64,000 bases of DNA from Callorhinchus milii. Taxonomy: Eukaryota. Position numbers and translations under genes: made by a program. Below the pieces are notes generated by a model. It was not told the DNA's origin and did no database searches. It saw only the letters and a list, made by a program, of their open reading frames with translations. Below, piece by piece: positions 24,206 through 35,900 of this stretch (its first letter is position 1; each line of letters starts with the position of its first letter). Where the stretch lies: positions 15,934,001-15,998,000 of the forward strand of contig NW_024704752.1 in assembly GCF_018977255.1 (NCBI RefSeq), in the 5' to 3' direction.

Positions 24206-25105
24206 AGCATTTCAGACCAGACAACCTGCCATTTGACGCCTGATTGAGGGTGGTGGTGAGCTCAGCATGTCTGTCCAGGTTTGGAATGGGAGTTCCACAT
24301 TGCACATCTGCACTAGACTTCCACAGAGAACAGGGAACAGATTTGTGATTTCCGAATAACATGCACATTGGTTGTCTGATTGCTGGTAGCTTCCATTAGC
24401 TAATGCTGGAAGCTGAAGCTGGTAGCTTCCAGCGGTTCCTCCATAATGCATGAAGATGCTTCTCACAGAACTAGCAGCTCAGTGTATTGCAGAGCTCCTT
24501 CCGAATGAATATCCCCTTACAATATAAATGTGCCTCACCATCCTTCATTATGGTGCATTAGATTTGCAAGAGTGAAGTCGAGGCAATTCCAGTCAGCAAT
24601 GGGAAATGCACTCAAAATGTTACTGATTAATAAACAGCTACACGGAGCCCTAATCGAATAACAATAATGAACTTGTGTGCGTGAGGCTTTAATATACCAG
24701 GCTCTGTTCCTGCATTTGTCTTCATCCTGATAAAAACGTTCCCGGTTTGTTAAAACCCCCAATAAATGCATCCTTTCTGGTTCATTATTCTCTCGTTTTA
24801 GCTCCTTATGGTACATCTGCTTCTCATTTCTTTGATTACTTTTTCTTTTTGTTTGATTTTTAAGTTGTTTCTGCTTTTAGTTGTGTTTCTATGCCTCTTC
24901 ATTTGTTTTTGGAAAGCTGCTTAATGTCATGGGCCATGTCATGCTGGCAGGTTAGACATGATAATAAGAGGGCTCCATTGGATTCAATTGAGCAGAAACA
25001 ATTTGGATAACTTGATGTAAGCAGAACCACTGCCAACAATCGAGCAACTGTGAACCGTCATTTGAAGCACTTGTCCAGATCAGTGTATTTGTTCTGACGA
25101 AAGGT

Positions 25106-25225
25106 TCGCCCACAAAATATACAGTCAATTCACTTTACAGTATATTCTGTGAAGTGCTTTGAGATGTCTCGAAGATGTGAAAAGGCGCTATATCAAATGC
25201 AAGGATGATTATTATTTACTATTAT
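25106..25225 (+). mobile_element. SINE tail
   Basis: tcgcccacaaaatatacagtcaattcactttacagtatattctgtgaagtgctttgagatgtctcgaagatgtgaaaaggcgctatatcaaatgcaagg. Confidence 0.85.
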
Positions 25226-26599
25226 TTTAGATATTTGTTTCTATTGGATTTACTCCACCCTCCCCTTGATTAAATTTATGGGGTAAAATCTGTGGTATTT
25301 TTAAATATGTTGAGGAACTCACGTCGGACAATTCAATGCAAATCACATTGGGAGCTTCACGACAAATGCAATCTTGATGAGGTGGTTTTCCAAGGCATTT
25401 TGACGAAACTATGAAACTGATAAAATCATGTAAAATTGTTGAAAAAAAACTGTGTCTCCACAACTTCGAAGGACCATTAACATCATTTTCAATTGAGATT
25501 TTTTTTCACCGATACTTTCTTTGTGAGGAGTAAACATCAATTGATTAAATTCACCTGAATTCATTTTTTTTTTAAATTGCTCTCTCTTTCTTGCTAACAC
25601 CCCAATGTGTGATCACCTCCCAAAACCCACCTCACTGCACAGACAGGGAACGCACGCACAGGACAATGCATCTCGCAAGTAAGCTAGTTCCAGGAAAGTG
25701 GATTTTCCACAATAAATCCTGATTCTTTTCCCACCAAATTTACCCTGGTTTTTCTCTCTCTTTTTGACAGAAAAAAATAACCCTGAAAATACCCTTTTTA
25801 AAAAAAATTTGATTGAACACAGACACACTTGCTCCTCAAAAAAAATGCTATCAATAAAGGAGAGGACTGGACACAGCAGATGTATTGGAGTCACTCCAGC
25901 CCACACCACAGCACTGACCTCCATCACTGGAGCCTGAGCTGCATTCAGATTCTGCAATCACAAGCGAAGGGCACGCTGTTCAACTGAATGAACACAGGGC
26001 TAATCATTTTCTATCTGCTTTTTTTTATTCCTTAATTCATCATTTTATTACCATCTTCCCTCTCTACGTGTCGCTCTTTCTCCCTGACTCTGATTTCAAG
26101 GTCAACGGAAAAGAATTCAGATCACATCTCGCGGCTTGTCAAAAGTCGTATTTGCTGTGATCAATAAGGTTACTTATCTTCCTTGCCTTTCTCTTTTATA
26201 TAAAGGTTTATGAATTATGCCATAAAAAACAGTGAAGTGCCTATTAACTTACAGTATGGATTGTTTAATTACTCTTCATTATTTAATTTACTTAAATGAT
26301 TAATGGATTTCTTTATTCTTTCGCCATCAATCTGTTTAAATATGTTCCACCTTTCTTCATCCGCATACAATATTGGACCATCTATCTCAGAGAATATGGC
26401 TGGAACCGGCTTTTCGGTCTTTCAAATGGGTAAAGTAGAGGCCACATTTGAACATGCGTTGCTCATCATATTGTGCTGAACGCTAACCATCTCACAAACT
26501 AGATTTGCGAATTGTTCCATGTACATGCAGTAAAAATCCTCATCATGGCTAACCCTAAGCACTCTTCAAAACCAAACGGCCAATAACCCCAGCAAAGCA

Positions 26600-26703
26600 T
26601 CACAAACTCAGCACTGTAATCCCATCCCAGTCCTGACTTCAGGATTTAACCCAGAACCTTTGGCTCAGAGGCAAGAATGCTACCAACTGAACCAGGCTGA
26701 CAC
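26600..26703 (-). mobile_element. SacSINE1-like 5' head
   Basis: Minus strand tgtcagcctggttcagttggtagcattcttgcctctgagccaaaggttctgggttaaatcc. Confidence 0.7.
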
Positions 26704-27923
26704 CTAGGAATTTACGTGCTAATCCATAAAGGTAACAAAAGGAGACCACCAGACTTACAATCAAACTACTATTAAACATTTTAACTGTACCAGACCAAGT
26801 TAGAGATATACATTGTGTAATCAGAGCACTGTGCATGACATTTTTCAATGCGTTTTGTTCATCACGAACAATAGCTCTCAATGTTGTGTCTGTTGAGTTA
26901 CAAGGTCTCCTTTGTGAATCGAATAAATATTAGCCAAAAAACCTCACACACCATCCCTCATTTACTTTTCAAAACCGAAAAGTAAAAATCAACAAACTTT
27001 CTAACCTTCTGGTCATAGGTTATATTCTGCAATCATCTGTAATTTATTGTTCGAAATCTTGACAGTTTAAAAACTTTCAGATTTACATTAGTAATTATCC
27101 AGCAAATTTTAAAAGATTATTTCATAAATCTTTTAGCAAATGCTGCGAATTATAAGGTTGTTTTCATTACACCAGAGAATTTTGTCTATGGCAAAGCTCC
27201 TGGAATCGACTTAACAACTCTGCTCAAGTTCACTGTGTTTGACTCCAGAGTAGATTTGAACCAGCTGTAATGTGAAGTGAATGTAAACCAATTGTAAGCC
27301 AGGTGCATTCAACAGCCTTTTAGCATCATTGAGCCACTCAAGTGATACCTCGGTCTATTTACAAATTCAACTCAAGACATAAATTCAGCATCAATTGTAT
27401 GGCTCATTATTTTGTTGAAATTCTACTTTTAATGATTTTTCATTAGAATTTTAAAGCAAATTGTTTTATGAATATTACTTTTAAAAACTAATATAAATAT
27501 TTAAAAAACTTGGATTTGATAAATATTTTACTTTATTATAATATTAACAATACATAAACATTCAGTTCTGATCAGGTTGGTTACATTATAACTGAGTATT
27601 AAAGGTTTTTGAGAATGTTACAAGACAATAAACTCCTGAATTGGTGCTGGAGGATAAGTTATTTTAATACAAGGCTTATAATGCTGTGGATAGGTAAACA
27701 CTGTTAAAATCATTCATGTTGTAATAAATAGCAGCATTACTTATGTCAGGATTTTTAAACTTATTTATCAGAAATATTTTTTCTTTGAAAGAATTTGTAT
27801 TTTTTAGCGTAAGATAGATTGCGAAAAACATTGTCGTCGCTTGTTTGTGGGTCTGAAAGTTGAGAGTTCAACCTACACAGTGGTACATGAACACATAATC
27901 TAGGTCTGGGCTGAAACTCTGGT

Positions 27924-28040
27924 GTAATAACAATAATAAACCTTGCATTTGATATAGCGCTTTTCGCATCTTCTAGACATCTCAAAGCGCTTCACAGAAT
28001 ATGCTGTAAAGTGAATTAACCGTATATTTGTGGGTGAAAT
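27924..28040 (-). mobile_element. SINE tail
   Basis: aataataaaccttgcatttgatatagcgcttttcgcatcttctagacatctcaaagcgcttcacagaat. Confidence 0.85.
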
Positions 28041-28049
28041 ACAACTTGT

Positions 28050-28320
28050 GAGAGTGCCACATTTTAAGGAAGTGCCAACTTTCAGATGAAATGTTAAACT
28101 GCGTTCCCCTCTGTCTAAAAGTTAAAGATACATGATACGATTCAAAAAGATGCAGAGTATTTCTTGTGCTGGCCAACAATCCTCCAGATTAAATGGTCAT
28201 TCACCTCGTGGCTCTTTGTGAGGTCTTGTTAATGCAATTGGTTGCAGGTTTAGGTCTAAGCACAGTCAGCAATTATCTGCGAAACCCTTTGAGATGTTTC
28301 GATATGCTGAGATGTATTTT
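28050..28320 (+). mobile_element. Old DeuSINE body
   Basis: gaagtgccaactttcagatgaaatgttaaactg...gctggccaacaatcctcc...ggtcattcacctc...tttgtgaggtcttg; parallels 40860-41040. Confidence 0.6.
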
Positions 28321-28986
28321 TTCTTCTTCTTTCTGATTCTTTTTGACCCAAAGCTACATTTGTTAGACTGTGCCTCTAGTCTCCAAGTCTGGATAATAAT
28401 TTTCTCAGGTTGTGCGCTTTATTAGTCTCCAGAAATAGCTGCGGCTCAGTGTTGGTGTGCGTGCACGTGATGCAAATGAGTAATTGCAATTCAAGTATGG
28501 GAATGGGGTTGTACAATGGCATTTGTATTTTGTAACTGGATAATAGACAGCCTGAGGTACAGTCACTGGTGTATGTGCATCTATCAGCAAATAATCTCTA
28601 ATCATGTGACCACATCCTCATGCTATGGAGCATATAACAGAATTACATACAAAACATAATTCTTGGCAAATCATTGGAACACTGTTTCACTCAAACGTGA
28701 TCATTTCCTGGACTATCAGTGTTTCATTCAACAGTGGGATTTGTTTTATTTAGTAAGGCTTTTGCCCTCCTTTTTGGTGGTCTCCCCGTGCTCCTAATAT
28801 CCCGGGGGGTGGCGGATAATGTGTTCCTGAACAACAACTGCTATGATGCTAAGACCAGCTAATATGATACGCACAAGAGCAGTGTGTAATGTATGTTCCT
28901 CTGTTGCACTCTTCCCTCAAATGAAGAACCAAAGGCCTGTTTGCCCACTTGGGCATGACTCTATGATCAGATTGTAAACTTACTTT

Positions 28987-29072
28987 GGCCCACAAAATAC
29001 ACAGTCACTACACCTTACAATATATCTTGTGAAGCACTTTGTGAAAGGTGTTCATGTAAGGATGATTATTAT
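28987..29072 (+). mobile_element. SINE tail (degenerate)
   Basis: gcccacaaaatacacagtcac...tgtgaagcactttgtgaaaggtg...aaggatgattattat. Confidence 0.6.
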
Positions 29073-30024
29073 GATTTTTATAGTTTACTATCAGATACTT
29101 TAGTGTATGTAGAGGTGTTAAAACTATTCAAAGCCTTTGCAACCAAGTAAAACAGATTCTGTTTCATGAATGATTTTCCTACCATTTTGCAAGGAGGGAA
29201 GGGGGGGAAAATCTTTGGCTTCTCATAGTTTAAGCATTTTTTTCCAAGTTCAATCTTGACCCCATCATATGCAAGTGAAAGCGGCGGATAATCTCACAGG
29301 GGAAAAGGTATGTCATTACTAGGGCAAGTTCCATTTCCTGTATTTCATAGCTTGATGATCTGTCGGGTCCTTTTGTGCTGCAGACGCATTTATCTGTGCA
29401 GCAGAGAGCAATAAAAGTAACAAATTGTCGAGGAACGAAGAAAGGCAGGATAATCATTGGGTTGAAATAATTGTTTATTTTACTGACTTCCAGCAGTTCT
29501 GGCTTCATTTGTTACAGCCGGTACCTTAAGCCTATTCCAAATTAAATTCCAAGTCCTCGTCCAATATAACTCGGTCACTTTATTCTTCAGCAGACAGGTT
29601 TATTAAACCACACAGTGAATTTAAACTGCTTTACATTTCCCTTGTAATTGCCAGCCTGAAGCCCATCAAATCTTACTTCTGTAAATTGGATGGAAGAAAG
29701 TGAAAAGATACAATGTCATTGGTTAACTGTCCTCTCACCCCCCCAAACAAAATTCTGTAAATTCAGGGTCGTATTATTCTAATCTATAGAATCTATAGAT
29801 CCTGTTGAATTAGGGGTAAAGATACTGACTTATTATGTAACATTAAGTCAAAATGTTCATGAGATCTGTCATAACCCGATTGCTAAATAAACCCCTTTTT
29901 TAAAAAAAAGGAAAATTATACACTAAATGCTATTTTCAGTTTTGCACACATGAAGGACCTCGAAAGTTATTGGTCGAGTTTCTAATCTGTTGTACATTAG
30001 CTGCCCTGGAGTGGAGCATCAGTT

Positions 30025-30970
30025 TGAGTGCTACAATTCACAGCAGCAACATTGGACTAGCGAGGGGAAGTAAAACAGGGTTAGGCCATCCATGTCCTCC
30101 ACTCAGAGAGCTTTGTTGGTAAGTGATTATTGGGTAAGACCCGGAATGGGATTATGTTCTGTTGGGTATCCTCTACGGTTGAGCATCCAACAACAACAAC
30201 AACTTAGATTTATATAGCGCCCTCCACGCCGGATGGCGTCTCAGAGCGCTTCATAGTAACAGATCCCGGGGCCGAGCCAGGGGGAGGGGGAGGAAGGTGA
30301 CCAAAGGCACGGTCGAAAAGAAAGATCTTCAGCAGAGACCTGAAAATAGGAAGAGAGGGGACGAGGTGAAGGGAGTAAGGAAGGAAGTTCCAGAGCTTCG
30401 GGACATAGTGTCTGAAGGCACGGCCGCCGAGGGTGGAGCGTAGGGCTCGGGAGATGAGGAGGAGGGCAGACCTGGAGGAACGAAGGCAACGGGTACTGTT
30501 TTGAGGAGAGAGGAGGTCAGAGAGGTCGGGGGTGCAGAGGAGTGCAGGGATTTGAATAGAAGGGTGAGGATCTTGAAATCGATCCTCTCTGGGAAAGGCA
30601 GCCAGTGCAGTCTGGCAAGAACTGGGGTGATCGGGGAGCGGAGTTTGGTGCGGGTGAGAATGTGAGTGAGCGGCAGAGTTTTGAATGATTTGGATTTTAT
30701 GGATGGCAGTGGAGGGGAGACCGGAGAGGAGGGCGTTACAGTACTCCAGCCGAGAGGTGACAAAGGCATGGACCAGGGTTTCGGTGGCTTTTGGGGAGAG
30801 GTATTGGTGGAGACAGGCGATGCGTCCAGTTGAAGTTCAATGCCTGGTTTCTTACCTGAAACCTAGACACTAGGGTAAAGTACTCAAAAGTACTAATGGC
30901 CTTTGGAGAAAAATAACCCCGAAAAGCATTGGTGACTGCTGAAGTGAGGAACGGGAAATAAAATAGAGGA
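30025..30970 (+). mobile_element. Degenerate LF-SINE-like copy split by the L2 insertion (flanks 30025-30187 and 30823-30970)
   Basis: Left flank ctacaatt...ctagcgaggggaag...gggtaagacccggaat; right flank cactagggtaaagtactc...tggcctttggag continues the LF-SINE order. Confidence 0.4.
30188..30822 (-). mobile_element. L2-clade LINE, 5'-truncated; ORF2 (RT) C-terminus with frameshifts
   Basis: Translations ETLVHAFVTSRLEYCNALLSGLP and HILTRTKLRSPITPVLARLHWLPFPERIDFKILTLLFKSLH are classic L2 ORF2 C-terminal motifs; (GTT)n tail. Confidence 0.93.
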
Positions 30971-31063
30971 AACAAAAAAAACGAATCCTCAAAGTGCAAA
31001 TAAGATTTTATCATGAATGCAAGTTGCAAGCTATCTTCACAAGTGATTCAAATCCAATCTAAC

Positions 31064-31112
31064 AATAATAATAATAATCCTTGCCTTTGATATAGCGCCT
31101 TATCACGTTTTC
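31064..31112 (-). mobile_element. Very short SINE tail
   Basis: (aat)n-ccttgcctttgatatagcgccttatcacg. Confidence 0.75.
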
Positions 31113-31229
31113 TAATGAAACAATTTAAGTAATTGGACTGCAAAATCATGTCTGCTTTTTTATGAATAACGAAAATATTGACATTGTGGAATTATTTTAA
31201 CTTCAAATGTGTTATGGTTTTAATGGTGT

Positions 31230-31380
31230 AGAAGTGGGTCATTGCCGTGTGCAAGTTGATTGTTAAATATCGGCTACAAATACAGTCACTACATTTCACC
31301 GTAAAAATCTGTGAAGCACTTTGACACATTCGCTGATGTGCTAAAGGTGCTATAACAAATACAATTATTATTATGATTAT
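31230..31380 (+). mobile_element. DeuSINE 3' part
   Basis: gtgggtcattgccgtgtgcaagttg...tacagtcactac...tgtgaagcactttgacac...aaggtgctataacaaatac(att)n. Confidence 0.6.
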
Positions 31381-32290
31381 TACGTCACAGTTTTCTAAAC
31401 CTATAAAAGGAAAACAAAATGTATTCAGCTGTAAAACAACTGCCGAAACACCAACTCTGAATTCATGGCCTTTTGGAATCGATTGAAATCAAGGTTTTGG
31501 AATAAATTCCGTCGAAAGGTGCAATACAAATTATAAACCTGATACCCTCTGTTGTGTCAGGTAGCTATTTAACTAGTGTCTATATGTGGTACACGTAGAT
31601 GAAATTTCAAGTCTAATTCTGCCAAGTGGGCCACAAATTTTCTTTGATATACTCCTCGGGACAATAAAAGACTTCCTGTCACAGCGTGCAGGGAAGCAAT
31701 GAGAGGATTCTACAGCCTGACCTCAATTGATGTAAAATTGGTTCCTGGGACTGAAGGCCAGAGAAAGTATCACTTCCCTCCATATCTACAGGATGTTGTA
31801 AAATGTTGTAATTATCCTGTTATTAAAGTTGACACCTCAGCGCTACATGAAAGAGCTTTCATGAATGTGCAAGACAGAGCTGCAATAACCTTGGTATTTT
31901 ATCCTCAATTGCATTCCCAAGGGCAACTTTCTTGTTTAATGAAACCATTTATTTTATAATCGCTTGTGGAAAAGGGTGTGGGAGTTACAATTATTTAATA
32001 TATGCAAACGACTGGTCAGGATGCATGATTACAAATATTGGCCGAAATAGGTTACTTTGTTTTGACAAGAAAGCAAATTGTCTCGCAAATCTCAATCCTT
32101 TTTGTTCCCTTCTGGGTTTTTGGATTATTTATTCAAATTGTGCATGGATTTTTAAAAAAAACTTGGCTGGCTAATATTTATAGCCATGTTTTTTTTGTTT
32201 TATGATGCGCAACACAAATCTAGCCATATAGCTTCCTGTTAAAAACGGTTGCCAATTTTCATGGCAGTATCTTAGTCTACAGGATAAATG

Positions 32291-32655
32291 TATTTATACA
32301 GTGTACACAATTATAAAGGGTTTTGATAGGGTAAATGGGGAGAACTATTAGCATTAGTAAGGGAGTTAATGATTAGGGGCTTTAGCTATAAGGTAATCAC
32401 AAGACTCTCTAAAAGGAGAGTTTAGACGATATTTTTTCATTCCAGATGGTGGGATGTGGAATGTCCTGCCACGTAAGGTGGTAGAGTCGGAATCCATTCT
32501 GAATTTCAAGAGGGAGGTAGATACATATATGAAGCATAAGGGGATAAGGCAGGGCAGTAGGGTTAAAGAACACCTTGCTCTGAGAGCCAAGACAGACTTG
32601 ATGGACCAAATGGCCTCCTTTTGTGCTGTATGTAAATTTCTATGATTCTATTCTG
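32291..32655 (+). mobile_element. CR1 LINE 3' end
   Basis: MWNVLPRKVVESESILNFKREVDTYM is a CR1 ORF2 C-terminus; 3' UTR gatggaccaaatggcctcc...ttctatgattctattct. Confidence 0.88.
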
Positions 32656-32759
32656 CCAATACAAAGGTTTTAATTGGATATGTTTGCAGTTTGAAATTAC
32701 AAAAACATTCAACCCTTTCATATACAGTACCTACTAATAATCCTTACATTTTGTATCTA

Positions 32760-32985
32760 ATAATAATAATAATCCTTGCATTTGATATAACGCCTTATCA
32801 TGTCGTGGAGACATTTCAAAAGTCTCACAGGATATTCTGTAAAGTGGATTGACTGTGTATTTTGTAGGCAAACATGGCAGCCTTCAAATAGCCATGAAAT
32901 GATTGACCAATTTTATTTAGGGGATTTTTGGTTAGGACACCGGGAGAAATTTCCTTCTTTTTTTGAATCATTCCATGGGATATTG
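32760..32985 (-). mobile_element. DeuSINE 3' part
   Basis: (aat)n-ccttgcatttgatataacgccttatc...ggcagcc...caggacaccgggagaa-like segment...ccatgggat. Confidence 0.75.
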
Positions 32986-35900
32986 CAAAAGGCAAGACTT
33001 AGTATTACTATTTGAATCCTTGTTGGATTATTTAGCTTATACTGTGCATCACAAAATGTACTGGAATTGATCTATGGTATGAATTGTTGTATTCCAGTGG
33101 GCTCACGGTTTAATGTTAATACTGTGCTTCCTGAGTACAATACGAGCGCAATGACTTGAGAATGCAAAAGCTCAGCCAAAAATCTATTGGGCATTCTTTT
33201 GATTTGTGCTGCAAATTCACAATCCTTTTTGAAAATTTGCTGTATTATTGACAAATATAAATGGTGGGAAATTAACTTACTGGGATTGCGTTTCAGAGTA
33301 AAATAAATCTATACTTTTGTATTTTTCTCAAGCTACAAAGAGAGAGAGGTTTGCCTCAAGTTAGCGTAGACTTGAAGTTCTAACTGGTGGAGCAACCTAA
33401 ATATTGATGGCCTTCGGCTTTCACTGTATATACAAACATATTATTTTTCTGTGTTTTTTCCTCTGCTTTTATTACTGAAGGTTAGATGTTCAAGAACTTG
33501 CTGCCCCAGATATTGTAGGTGAAATGTTTGACCCAAGTGATGTTAAAAATCACCATACAATTCTGATTTGCATTTCTGCACTGTCCAACATATGTCTGAG
33601 GAAACAAGAGATAAATTGAAGCAGTGGGAAAATGATTGCAGATAGCACAAGATTTGTGAAAGTCAAATTGCAAACCACTTCGCTGAAGTTTAGAACAAAC
33701 CAGTCCGTATGTTACCTTGACATCAAATCAGCAGTATGGTTCTGTTACTTATCTCCTGGCTATATTATTGGAATCTGCCCTGATTGCATCTTTAAGATTC
33801 GGGACATCTAAAAAGCACTGATAAGTAACTGTTTGTTGGCAACCCAAAATTCTTCAACTGCAAAGATGAGGATTGGGATCAGGAGGGGTTGGTGGCGACT
33901 GGTGAAAAGGAAAATACACAGGATGAATTGAGCCAGGATGGAGGGTTTGAGCAGGAACTATTTCAGAGAAGGATAATGTACTTTAAGAACCAGGTGTCAA
34001 CACCTCTGACCAGTTTAAACAGGAAGGGGGTTCTGTTGAACGAGAAACATCTCAGCTGCCAGTTGAATCTCTATCGTGCACCTCTCAGGTTACTGTGACT
34101 GAGACTTTGGGACTTACTATTGACCAAAAGATGGATTGCACGACAGGAAAGTCATTAAACAAGTCTGTTTTAAGCTTTCACACGGAGGAGAAACAGGAGG
34201 GAACTAAGGGAACAGAAAACACGGCAAGGTTCAAACCCAGGGGGCAAGGAAATAACGTGGGCATTTCAGGATTTGGGGGGGGCGGGGGAAAGCTTATGGA
34301 AGAAGAAATTGGAGTTTGTTACTCATCACAGATAAATTCATGATGAATCTCTTTCAAAATAGAATAGAAGGTTCCCACTTCTGATCCTCAGCATTTGCTG
34401 AAGACTTACATGTGGAATTCAATGAGTGCTAAATTTGGCTTGCAGATGCATAGCTTCCAACACTTGGGGTAATAACTCACATAAAAATACGATCACTTCA
34501 CCTAAGGAGCTCCAATTCGAGTAGAAGGAACAAGGATTCAAATGTCTTCAGGAAAGAAGAAAAATAAATAAGTAGCACTAATTGTATGAGACTATCTAGA
34601 TGGCATAAATCAGCATATTTGTGGAGAAATAAAAATTTAGATTATTCTTTTAAAACCAGGGTTTTAACCAGGGTCATTTCTTCTAGGTTGTTTTTTGAGA
34701 GAATTGAAACCATGCACACCATCCCACAAGTGTTTTCGTTAACCTTTGTTAATGTTCCTGCCAATCTGTGGAGTCGATGCTTTTTTTTTGAAAGTTCCTG
34801 GAGCTTTGGAGCATGAAGAAACCTTGAGGCATTCTCTACAGTGATTTATACAATCCACTCCCTGGGTTGCGGAGAAATAGGATGTTTCTAACGGTTGTAA
34901 ATTAATAAGAAGACTGCCATAATATCTGAAATATCGATCAAGGGTTGAGATTCATGTCAACTGTTGTAATTAGTTTTGCTTTCCATTTTAATAAAAGTGG
35001 AATGTTTCATGGACAGGTATAAAGCAAGCTGACATGGTGTTAGCGGCTGTAAAAATGTTAAAGGGAAGAGTGTCTACGACAGAATGCTGCCTTAACAGGA
35101 GATTTATCAAACATTTATGATAGTTTGGAAGATTTAGAGAGGTGACATATATATTTAACCATCAATCTTCTTATTGTAAAGCTGAGTCAATTACAATTGA
35201 ATCCTAATATGTGCATAACTAATTTGCCAATAAATGTTGCACTTTAATTAAGCCAGTGGTTCCCCGATTTCATTGACGTACACTAGGTATTAAGTGGAAT
35301 GCAGCATAGGAATTCTATGCTTGAATCTGGATTATATTTGGATCAAGTGTGCATTTGGTCCGCACTCGACTGCAGAATAGCAGCTGAGATTGCTTTCTGT
35401 ACACACCATTGGGTGCTTTTTTACTGAAAATAATGGGATTTAAAACCAAGCAGTAAATCTATAGATTTCTCATTTCGTGCTGACCTGGTTCTTGTGCACG
35501 CTAATTCTTTGATGTAGTTGCTTCAGAAATGCTTTCATGACCTTTCACACAGTTAAATCAATCTCAAAACTAGTTGCTAAAATTAGTAAGTGAAATGAAG
35601 CTAAAATTTAACGAATTAGGGGTCTTTAGTAACACAGTATTTGTAAATCTATACCTTAGAAAAGTAACAATTAAACCTTGTCCTACAGTTCAATACATTA
35701 GTCATTTTGGCATAAGGGAGTTATTCGTATAGCTTTCAAGATTTCTTATCTTCAGCCTAGTTGAAGTCCTATTATTTCAGACCACTATCTTGGACATTTA
35801 TTAGCTGGAGAAGAAGTAACATTATGACCATGTCTCATGCAAATACAAGAGCCAGCATGTTGTGATTTCTTTGCTGCAATCTCTCCCTGCTTCTCCTTTC

